A stretch of DNA of 62,951 bases, filler included, from Reticulomyxa filosa (Eukaryota > Protista > Foraminifera): NCBI GenBank assembly GCA_000512085.1. It is 17 parts of 17 records of this genome, joined end to end, with 100 filler letters (N's around TTAATTAATTAA, not from the genome) between each part and the next. Parts side by side here need not be neighbours in the genome. Positions count along the whole stretch, not along the records: positions 1 to 4,632 come from ASPP01020187.1; positions 4,733 to 8,724 come from ASPP01017542.1; positions 8,825 to 11,994 come from ASPP01026698.1; 14 more parts are not named here. One strand, given 5' to 3'. Under the pieces are notes generated by a model. That model was given only the letters and a program-made list of their open reading frames with translations, had not been told where the DNA came from and did no database searches. Position numbers and translations under genes: made by a program. Positions 1 through 9,731 of this stretch are shown one piece after another; the first letter of the stretch is position 1; each line of letters opens with the position of its first letter.

Positions 1-86
1 GAGGGGGGGGGGATCAATCGAATGCTAATCTTTTTTTTTTTTTTTTAATAATAATAGTAATAATAATAAAAATTCAGTATACGTAC

Positions 87-770
87 CTGGTTAGGCATGT
101 GAACAGCTTGATAGGCCAAGAAGATAAAAAATGGATTTTGTTGAGATTTGCGAGCATAAGAACGCAGCAAGCGTTTAGTGGCATTGCCATAGACAAAGGT
201 GGAGTACTGCTTTTTGAAGGATGTGACCGGTAGTGTACCATTTCGGAAGTCAATCCCTTTGTAATAGTGGTGACGTTCGTGAGTGTAGTAGTCTTGCATG
301 TCCATGTAAAAACCATAAAAACTATCAAAGTAACGGTAGGTCGGAGTGTAGCGGATGTCAAAATAACCCAAATGCCATTTGCCAATTAAGTGCGTTTCGT
401 ATGGAGTCGGTGCATCTTTCTTCAGATACTCCGTCAGTAGGTACTCCTTCAAATCCAAACCGTATGGAGCCCCTGGCAATATCACATGGTGCTGCAATCC
501 TTGTCGGATCGGATACTTCCCACTCAAAAATGCACTTCTTGTTGGGGTGCACACTGGCTGCACATAGTAGTTGTTTAGTGTCAATCCTGTCCTTGCCAAC
601 TCATCCAAATGCGGGGTTTCAATTACTGTCGAACGATGGAAACCTATATCACTCCAACCTATATCATCAGTTAAAATAAACAAGATGTTTAATTGTTCGG
701 GTGCGCCCAATGTCACAATTGATAGCAAATTATTTAATAATAACAACAATAATAATTCCCAGAGATTCAT
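87..770 (-). CDS. Arylsulfatase (ARSB/I/J-like), 5' exon; gene continues beyond window start
   Basis: Signal peptide; NILFILTDDIGWSD, CTPTR (formylglycine CxPxR motif), IGKWHLG, PFFIFLAYQAVH motifs; GT donor (CAG|GTACGT) at 86. Confidence 0.92.
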
Positions 771-1080
771 CTTCTCAATTCCCTTTGGAAAGAAAGTTTT
801 GTCACTTTTTGATGTTCACAAATTAAAAGCGCAATATTCACTGTAGCGTAAATAGTAAGTGAAGCATTTCGTTGAATTAAACCTTGCTAAATCAAATTAT
901 TTCCATAGAAACACACTATTTATGCTTGATTTACAATTAAAAGAAATACAAAATAACATTCAAAATAAATAAAAGATGGTGGATTATTATTCAAAAGTTT
1001 GTAAGATTACTGATTAAATATGCCGGCTTATTGTATTCACCTAAAAAGAAATCGTAGATTAATGACAAGATTTAATCAAA

Positions 1081-1430
1081 TATTTTTGACAAGCCCTTTT
1101 GTAAAAGAAAGAAGTTCTAAGTTTTTATCATCACATTATTTATTCATAAAGTTATCAAACAGTCATTTTCTGGATATCAAAGATAACTAATAATTTCAAA
1201 TATTTACTAAACACTCTGTGCGGATTAGTAACATTGGGTTTTCATCATTTAATGACCGTTGATAATGTGTTTTGCATCATACGATAAAACAGTTCGTATG
1301 TGATATTGAAACAATATAATAAATAGTACATTAATTGTGGTAAAAAGCATTGTTTTATTGTAATAATCAAATGTATCATGATAACATCAATTACTGTCAT
1401 TATCTTTTTGGAATCCAAAATTTTGTTGCT
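1081..1430 (+). pseudogene. Degenerate WD40 gene remnant, paralogous to the downstream WD40 gene
   Basis: Broken frames spell GFSSFN..., ASYDKTVR.(W)DIET; 1081-1151 resembles the upstream region 1651-1721 of the intact gene. Confidence 0.45.
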
Positions 1431-1729
1431 TAATTAAGCATTATTTTTTTAAATATCAATTTTTTCGTCTTTATCTGTTTTCTGGCTGCCCGAAACGGAT
1501 TTACACAAAGCTTTTGTCTTTGATCTAATTAGATATACCAAAAATATGAGAAAACTTATTGTCTTTATTTAATAGATCATCAATATTTTTGCATCGACGC
1601 TTTTGTCATATATTTTTTGTTAATAATCATTAGTGTTTTCATCTTCATTCTATTTTGACAAACCCCTTATGGAAAGTGGCAAAAAAGTTCCAAGTATTTA
1701 ATCTTACGTCATTAACAAAGTCAAAAAAA

Positions 1730-3099
1730 ATGGGAAATCCAATTAGCAAAAATGTACCAATGGTAAGCTTCATTTTAATACTATCCTTCAGAAAGCTAAT
1801 TTTTTTAAGATTTGATTGTACGTGTTTGAGATAAACCTGTCAAAAGAAGAAGAGATCGAAGTAATTATTAAATATTGGATTCGAAAATTAAACATTAAGT
1901 TGGGATGGATCCATGAATTTGACATATTTGTTATCAATTATGTTAGTTTTGGTTTGTTTTTGGCTTTCATTCCGTGACAACAAAACGTCCAAATATGTAT
2001 TTCTTTATTAATCATAATCACTATTATTAATACAGGCAACTACTGTCTTCATGCTTGATACATTTTGTTCGTCATCTAAATTAGTAAAGACATTTATTGG
2101 ACATAACGATTTTGTGTATAGTATCGATTACGCAACATTTGATAGCTATCAGTTCATTTGTTCTGGATCAGAAGATAAAACAGTTCGTGTATGGGATGTA
2201 GAGACTAGCAAACAAATCAAAATATTGTATGGACATTTATCTTTTGTGTCTTGTGTAAAATTTTCACCATATCATTATCATAATAATCGGCGTAATGTTA
2301 TTTGTTCTTCATCGGCTGATAAAACCATTCGTTTTTGGGATGTCAAGAATAATCAACAATTTCAAATATTCAATGGACACACATGTCATGTCTATGGCAT
2401 TGAGTTCTCTCCATTTAATAGTGGTCGGTATTTGTGTTCTGGATCATATGATAATACTATTCGTTTATGGGATGTTAAAACATCCAACTTATTGCATGTT
2501 TTCAATGGACATAAATATGCTGTCTGTTGTGTAGATTTTTCACCATTGCAAAGCAGTACCAACAATAATGGAAGTAATAGCATCGGTGTGATTGGTGGCA
2601 ATGGATATACTATTTGTTCTGGATCATATGATAATACCATTCGTATATGGGATATTGAAACAGCCAAACAATTGCTTGTTTTCAAAGGACATGAACATCT
2701 AGTGCGGAGTGTAAAATATGGACCAAATGAAGTAAGAGGTAATGGTGGTTCAAATACAATCCTATCTGGATCAAGGGATAAAAGTGTTCGTTTGTGGGAT
2801 ATTCAATCTGGTAAGCAAATTCAAGTATTCAATAGACATGCACATACTGTTACGTGTGTTGCATACTCACCATTTATAGTAAATAATATCAAATTTGGTT
2901 GTGATTCAACTGTCATATGTTCTGGATCAAGTGATAAAACAATTCGTTTTTGGGATATTCGATCAAATAAAAAGGAGCTGTACGTGATCAATGGAGATGA
3001 TAAAGACGGTAGAGTACTGTGTCTTAAATTCCTGCAAATAAAAAGAAAACCAATCTGTGTTATAGTTCGGCCAAGGGTCCTATTCGTATTTGGGGATAG
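1730..3099 (+). CDS. WD40 repeat protein of an expanded family (exons 1730-1762, 1831-1941, 2036-3099; 1-nt frameshift in A-run near 3040-3050)
   Basis: Repeated GH...CSGSxDxTIRxWD units; GT-AG introns join in phase 0; the alternative frame at the 3' end gives NLCYSSAKGPIRIWG* ending at 3099. Confidence 0.9.
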
Positions 3100-3846
3100 T
3101 ATTACTTTTTAACCATTTTAGCGGATTACACGAAGTAGATTTTTACTATTAAATATTTCATTTGCAAATGTAGACTTATTCAATTCATTTCCTTTCAAAT
3201 TGTCAAATATCAACATTTTCATCACCAATTATTGCAATAAGCAGATTGAAAGAAAAAAATATATCTGTTTGCTATGATTTTTTTCTTTTTATTAAAAAAA
3301 TGTGACAAAAAATTAAGTTACATATCTCAAGTCCTCATTAAATTTTGATTGCTTTGTCCTATTTTGTTTGATGCAAATTTTACAAAGATAATATTATGTT
3401 AGTTGATGCAAAAAAAAAAAAAAAAATATGATTGTTTTAAAATCTAGACTACAAATAATTTTTGTTTACTTTTATTTCAGTATTACATCATGAAAGCTTT
3501 GTCAATTGAAATTCGCTTGTTCTTTTTTCAAGAAATGACAGAAAATTTAAGAGCAAATTTTGAACTTTTGCTCTCCTTGTTTTTTCACAGAAGAGTTCAT
3601 GTCTTTGCGACTCCTCTAGTTCTTAAAAAAAATGTATAAAGGCCAATAAAAATACACTATATTCAATTCATTTTTATCTGTAATGTTGTCAAAATCCTTA
3701 CTATAATTGAAATTCAACAGAAAAACCAACAAATGAGTCAATAAAAACAAAAACAGTCGTTTCATAAAAAGGAGTCTGAGGTTGTCCCTTTTTTGATACA
3801 AATCTTTTTTGAGAAAAAGACTCTACATCATAATATAGAAGAGCCA

Positions 3847-4548
3847 ATGTTCTTGAATGAAGAAGAAGAAGAAGAAGAAAAAAAACTGGAAACGTTTTCC
3901 AGTTCAAGTTGTTATAACAAAGAGTGGGTTTCGTTGGTCAACAAACCACAGAAACTGAACACGCTACTATGCTGTCTTTGCAATGAAATTGCAAATAATG
4001 CAATGGAATTACAATGTGACGAGCATGAGGATGCAGAACAAACATATTTGGTTGGAGAAGAATGCTTACAAAATTACTTGAAACAAAACAATGAAAAATG
4101 TCCAATTAAACAGCATGACCATTGCAAATTTTCGAAAAATAGAGTAGTAAGACAACAGACTTCAGAATTATTAGTGATTTGTCCTCGACAATATAACGCG
4201 CAAAAAAGTCAGTCGAATGAAGAGATAACACCAGGAGAGAAAGAAGACTACGAAAGCGAGTTAAGGAATAAATGTAATTTCAAAGGAAAAATAAAAGAAG
4301 TTGAAAATCATTTGAAATCATGCCAATTAATGACAATTCAACAAATTATTTCCTCGTTCAAGGAGTTGCAATTGCAATTCGAAATTGAAAAAGTGCAAGC
4401 AGTTTTGTCATTTATGTTTATTATCAATAAATGAACAAAAGACAAAACAACACACAAATTTATAAAAAAAAAAAAAAAAAAGGGAGAAAAAAATCGAACA
4501 GCTCAAAGAAAATGATAACAAACAGACGAAACAAATTCAACAACTTAA
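3847..4548 (+). CDS. RING-like/TRAF-type zinc-binding N-terminal region plus coiled coil; 3' end truncated by gap
   Basis: CCLCNEIANNAMELQC..H...GEECL..YL....KCPI, then ICPR...CNFKGKIKEVENHLKSC, as in the TRAF RING + zinc-finger arrangement; short coiled-coil exon ~4482-4548. Confidence 0.7.
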
Positions 4549-4632
4549 TGTAAGATTTTATTGTTTTGAAGATATTTTTGTCAATATGTTGGAACCGAAA
4601 GGGTTTGAATTCCGGGTTTTTAAAAACCCGGA

Positions 4633-4732
4633 NNNNNNNNNNNNNNNNNNNNNNNNNNNNNNNNNNNNNNNNNNNNTTAATTAATTAANNNNNNNNNNNN
4701 NNNNNNNNNNNNNNNNNNNNNNNNNNNNNNNN
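4633..4732. other. Artificial contig spacer, first of 16 (others start at 8725, 11995, 13292, 20657, 23915, 27799, 32516, 33628, 35758, 38114, 40659, 45196, 46296, 59253, 61697; each 100 nt)
   Basis: Identical N44-TTAATTAATTAA-N44 blocks; the 12-mer puts stops in all six frames. Confidence 0.99.
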
Positions 4733-4734
4733 TA

Positions 4735-7700
4735 GTGACATGTCGAAGTCATGTGTTAAATGATGAAGATATTAAACATGTTTTAATTGATTCAAAAGAC
4801 ATGATAACAACATCAATGATATATTTATGGCCTTTTTCAAAGGAACAAATGAATGGATATATTGATAAATTTGTAAAAATGAATAAAAAAAATAAAATGA
4901 ATGACAGTTTGGATTGGACAATACAACAATATGGAGAAACATTGAAAAATTATCCAAATTTAAATAAAATGATAGAAGAACCATTTTTACTTCGAATGAT
5001 ATTAACTGTATTACCGTCATTGATGAAACAACATGCAATTGGGACTAAAATATCAAAAGCGCAAGTATTCGAAGCATTTAATGAACAATGGATTGATATT
5101 CATGTGAAAAATATTTCAGATAAATTATCAGAATTAAGAATTCAAACAAATCCCAAAAAAATCAAATTTGCATTTCAACAATATTGTCAAGATTTAGGGT
5201 TTGAAATGTTTATTCAAGGAAATCAAGTTGCAACTGAAAATGATTATAAAGAATATGAAAATAATGATCTTTGGATTAAATTAGATTCAAAAATGGAGAC
5301 AGAAATTAAAAGTGAGGAGGAGAAAACCGAACCAAAGACACAGAGTTTTTGGGACAGATATTTTGGTAGTGGCAATGCGACTAAAGATGTATCAAAAAGG
5401 ACAGATGATGACATAACAACAAAAATAAATGACACTAATACATCATTGGATATGTGGAAAAAATATTTCAATGGCGATAGTATTGCCAAATATGTATTGA
5501 GAAGAGTTGGTGATAATAAATACCAGTTTTTACATAAATCATGTCAAGAATATTATGCTTCACAAAAAATTATATTTGACATTCTTTCATGGAAGCCGAA
5601 TATTGTTACTGTCGATAATCAACAATTTCAACAACAATTTGAAACACATGTTCAAAAATTATCTATCAATCATAAATTATTGAATGAAGAATTGGAAATT
5701 ATTCAATTTATTGCAGAGAGGATTCATGACAATAATCCGATATTTGTAAATTTAAAATCAAGATTATTTCGAATTATTGAATCATCAAAGAATAATGGAA
5801 ATACTAGCATTGCAGCAGCAAATGCAATCACTATACTCAATTCGGCTAATATTGATATGGACTATCAAAATTGGAATAACATTAAAATTCCTTATGCAAT
5901 TTTGGATCGTGCATTTCTTGAAGGAACCAATTTTAGTAATGCAAATTTGGATCATGTAAGTTTTCATCAAACTTGTTTAACCAAGGTCAATTTCACAAAT
6001 GCATCAATGAATGATATTTACTTTGGAGAATATCCATATTTAGAAGGACATACAGATCTTATATGGCGTATTAAATTTTCACCTGATGAAACAAAAATAA
6101 TATCTTATTCAAGTGATAAAACAATTCGAATATGGGATATATTATTAAGAAAGCAACTTCATGTACTAGAAGGACATTTAGATATAATAATTGTAGCTGA
6201 ATTTTCACATGATGGTTCCAAAATTGTGTCATGCTCACGGGATAATACTGTTCGAATATGGGATGTATTATTAGGTACACAAATTAAACTATTGGAAGGA
6301 CATTCAGATTTTGTGAATGCAGTAGATATTTCATCAGATGATTCTAAAATTGTATCTTGTTCATCGGACAATACTATTCGAATATGGGATATGTCGTCTG
6401 GAAAACAACTTCATCTATTGGAAAAACATTCAGAAACTGTGAGCTCAGTAAAATTTTTACCAGATGATTCTAAAATTGTTTCATGTTCATATGATAGCAG
6501 CATTCGAATATGGGATGTATATTCTGGAACACAACTTCTATTATTAGAAGGACATAAACGTGGAGTATTTGGAATACAATTCATATCGAACGGATCAAAG
6601 GTTATATCATATTCGTGGGATAAAACTATTCGAATATGGGATGCATTAACAGGTCAACAACTTCAATTATTGGAAGGACATACCAATGACATATATGGAA
6701 TTCAATTATCATCAGACGATTCAAAAATTTTATCATATTCAACGGATAAAACAATTCGAATATGGGATTTGTTATCTGGAAAACAGCTACAAGTTCTCGA
6801 AAATCCAAGTATTGTAAATACGGCAAGATTTTCATTTGATGATTCCAGAATTGTATCTGGTTCAGATGATGGTACAATTCGATTATGGAATGTATCATCT
6901 GGAAAACAAATTCAAGTATTAGAAGGACATTCAAGATATGTATCCAATGTGGAATTCTTTCCAAAAGCGTTCAAAATTTTATCATGTTCAGATGATTATA
7001 CAATTCGAATATGGGATATATCTTTAGAAAGAAAAATTCAAGCAACAGAAGAATATTTGGATATTGTAACAACAGTAGCATTTTCTCCTGATGGTTCTAA
7101 AATTGTGTCAGGTTCTTTAGACAAAACAGTACGATTGTGGGATGTACAATCAGGAAGACAAATTTATGTATTTGAAGGCCATTCAGATCGTGTAAGTGAA
7201 GTATTATTTTCTCCAGATGGCTCTAAAATTGTATCTTATTCATGGGATAAAACCATTCGGATATGGGATGTATTATCAGGAAAACAACTTCAATTATTGG
7301 AAGGACACTCAAGTTGGGTGAACAAAGTACATTTTTCACCAGATGGCTCCAAACTTGTGTCATGTTCAAATGATGATACAATCCGAATATGGATTGTATC
7401 ATCAGGAAAACAAATTAAATTGGGTAGACATTTTTCTATTACAACTGAAGCACAATTTTTGCCAGATGGAAATAAAATTATATCTTGTTCATTTGATCGT
7501 ACAATTAGACTATGGGATGCATTATCTAGCACAGTAATTCAGACTTTTAAAGGACATACAGATTACATAAATGGGATACAGCTTTCGCCAGATAGTTCTA
7601 AATGTGTATCATATTCACGGGATGAAACAATTCGGGTATGGGATATATCATCTGGAAAACAACTTTTTCTATTTGAAGGAAATAAAGATGTAACTGATAT

Positions 7701-8187
7701 ACAATTTTCTCCAGATGGTACCACAATTGTGTCTTGTTCAAAAGATAGGACAATTCGATTGTGGAATATGTTAACTGGAAAACAAATTCAAGTATTAAAT
7801 GGACATTCTGATGCAATTCAAGGAATAAAGTTTTCATTAGATGGCTCTAAAATTATTTCATATTCAGAGGATGGGACTATTCGAATATGGGATATATCTT
7901 CAGGAAAACAAATTCAAGTAATAGAAGGACATAACGGAGCTATTAATTGCATACACTTATCACCCGATGGCTCAAAACTAGTATCATGTTCAATAGATAA
8001 AACAATTCGATTATGGGGTAGTAACAATGGTAAAATTGTTGATGTCACTGAGAATAGTGTAGTGCACTATATTTGGAAAGTAGGTAATCAAAGTGGTTTA
8101 TCAATGAAAGGTAGTATTTGGAAAAACACAAAGGGTTTGGAAGATGAACAAAAATTGCTTGTGAAACAACGTGGTGGAATATTTTGA
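4735..8187 (+). CDS. NACHT (C-terminal half) - pentapeptide repeat - 16x WD40 STAND/NLR-like protein; 5' truncated by gap
   Basis: TCR sensor-1, LWPFSKEQM, PFLLRMI, winged-helix FLHKSCQEY; AAANAITILN then pentapeptides (AILDRAFLEGTNFSNANLD); 16 WD40 units counted; C-cap GLEDEQKLLVKQRGG. Intronless. Confidence 0.9.
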   Translation: MTCRSHVLNDEDIKHVLIDSKDMITTSMIYLWPFSKEQMNGYIDKFVKMNKKNKMNDSLDWTIQQYGETLKNYPNLNKMIEEPFLLRMILTVLPSLMKQHAIGTKISKAQVFEAFNEQWIDIHVKNISDKLSELRIQTNPKKIKFAFQQYCQDLGFEMFIQGNQVATENDYKEYENNDLWIKLDSKMETEIKSEEEKTEPKTQSFWDRYFGSGNATKDVSKRTDDDITTKINDTNTSLDMWKKYFNGDSIAKYVLRRVGDNKYQFLHKSCQEYYASQKIIFDILSWKPNIVTVDNQQFQQQFETHVQKLSINHKLLNEELEIIQFIAERIHDNNPIFVNLKSRLFRIIESSKNNGNTSIAAANAITILNSANIDMDYQNWNNIKIPYAILDRAFLEGTNFSNANLDHVSFHQTCLTKVNFTNASMNDIYFGEYPYLEGHTDLIWRIKFSPDETKIISYSSDKTIRIWDILLRKQLHVLEGHLDIIIVAEFSHDGSKIVSCSRDNTVRIWDVLLGTQIKLLEGHSDFVNAVDISSDDSKIVSCSSDNTIRIWDMSSGKQLHLLEKHSETVSSVKFLPDDSKIVSCSYDSSIRIWDVYSGTQLLLLEGHKRGVFGIQFISNGSKVISYSWDKTIRIWDALTGQQLQLLEGHTNDIYGIQLSSDDSKILSYSTDKTIRIWDLLSGKQLQVLENPSIVNTARFSFDDSRIVSGSDDGTIRLWNVSSGKQIQVLEGHSRYVSNVEFFPKAFKILSCSDDYTIRIWDISLERKIQATEEYLDIVTTVAFSPDGSKIVSGSLDKTVRLWDVQSGRQIYVFEGHSDRVSEVLFSPDGSKIVSYSWDKTIRIWDVLSGKQLQLLEGHSSWVNKVHFSPDGSKLVSCSNDDTIRIWIVSSGKQIKLGRHFSITTEAQFLPDGNKIISCSFDRTIRLWDALSSTVIQTFKGHTDYINGIQLSPDSSKCVSYSRDETIRVWDISSGKQLFLFEGNKDVTDIQFSPDGTTIVSCSKDRTIRLWNMLTGKQIQVLNGHSDAIQGIKFSLDGSKIISYSEDGTIRIWDISSGKQIQVIEGHNGAINCIHLSPDGSKLVSCSIDKTIRLWGSNNGKIVDVTENSVVHYIWKVGNQSGLSMKGSIWKNTKGLEDEQKLLVKQRGGIF

Positions 8188-8824
8188 TGTTTTTTTTTGT
8201 TTGAATCAAATTCACTTCTAAATATTTTTGACAATTTTTGTAAAGCCCATCAATTAAAAAAGCTTTCACCCCATAAAAATCGTCACTTTTCAAGTATCTT
8301 TTTTTATCAACTCTTTTGGTAACTGAACTTGTTTTTGTTTAAAGTTATTGTCTTATTACCATTTCAGTAGATACCTTATTTAAATAATTAATATAACAAG
8401 ATAATTTGGAGAAAATGAATCTAAGTTTAAACTTGCTTGGATTTCATTTCAACATAGTCAGGATTTAAATGTAAAGTCGCTCCATGGCAAACAAAAGATA
8501 GGAAAAATCATTAAAAGTTACCAAATTTGATATTGTCAAATACTACAGTAGATTGTAAAAAAAACCGGCATACCTAAATGGCACTATATGAAGAGAATCG
8601 ATTTTCTCCATGAAAAATAAAGATTTAAACCTAATTTTTTTTTTAAATTATACTAATCTTGTAGTTTTTAAATATTAAAATTTTTTTTTTTCTAATTTTC
8701 TTTATTGTTGATATTTTTAATTGANNNNNNNNNNNNNNNNNNNNNNNNNNNNNNNNNNNNNNNNNNNNTTAATTAATTAANNNNNNNNNNNNNNNNNNNN
8801 NNNNNNNNNNNNNNNNNNNNNNNN

Positions 8825-9731
8825 TGAAGAAAAAATGTTTTAGAGATAAAACCAAAGTGTATTTGTTGCACTTTCGTGAATGAAAAATTTGTCTGACACA
8901 AAATGTTTTGTGACAAGGTACGTAACATCAAATAATTGTTTGTTTTTTTTTTGATGAAAAAGCCAACAACAGACTGAGATCGGTGATGGAGTGTTTGGTT
9001 AGTACTGAATTGACATTTTTTGTTGTAAAGTTTTTTGTTAGTATTTTATTTCTGAAATAGGTGTGTTTTTGTTTGATAAGATAGCAAAATTTGATAATGG
9101 TATTGCGAAAACGCGTTGCTTCTTTTTTTGTACAGTTGTATTGTTTGGGATTTTAAAGTGAATTTTTGTTTAATAAAACAATCGACACTGACGTCAAATT
9201 GTTTTTACTGTGAAGAAAAAATGTTTTAGAGATAAAACCAAAGTGTATTTGTTGTACTTTTGTGAATGAAAAAATTGGCTGACACAAAGTGTTTTGTGAG
9301 ATAGTTACGTAACACCAAATAATTGTTTGTTTTTTTTTTGATGAAAAAGCCACCCACAGACTGAGATCGGTGATGGAGTGTTTGGTTAGACTGAATTGAC
9401 ATTTTTTGTTGTAAAGTTTTTTGTTAGTATTTTATTTCTGAAATAAGTGTGTTTTTGTTTGATAGGATAGCAAAATTTGATAATGTATTTACTAGCAACG
9501 CGTTCATAAAAATTAGTGTAACGCGTTTTCGCAATACCAAAGGTTCAATTCTCGAATTTGAAGTTTTTAACATTATTGCTTCTTTTTTTGTAATTTGATT
9601 TTACGTGACTAAAATAAAGCATTCTCTTTAAGAAAGCTAGTTACAGTAAAAACAATTTGACGTCAATGTCGATTGTTTTATTGAACAAAAATTCCTTTAA
9701 AATCCCAAACAATACAACTGTACAAAAAAAG
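8825..9731. repeat. Composite repeat: direct duplication (8825-9099 / 9211-9486) with inverted repeats (9098-9117 / 9520-9539 and 9122-9211 / 9643-9731)
   Basis: Read directly: near-identical ~275-nt direct copies, a perfect 20-bp inverted pair and a ~90-bp near-perfect inverted pair. Confidence 0.9.

Noticed and set aside
4677-4688. TTAATTAATTAA recurring 16 times as a possible biological repeat
   Set aside because: Always centred in identical N blocks; a six-frame-stop assembly linker.
6040-8020. 126-nt periodic repeats (ATTCGAATATGGGAT) resembling a CRISPR-like array
   Set aside because: They are the IRIWD codons of in-frame WD40 repeats; no cas genes present.
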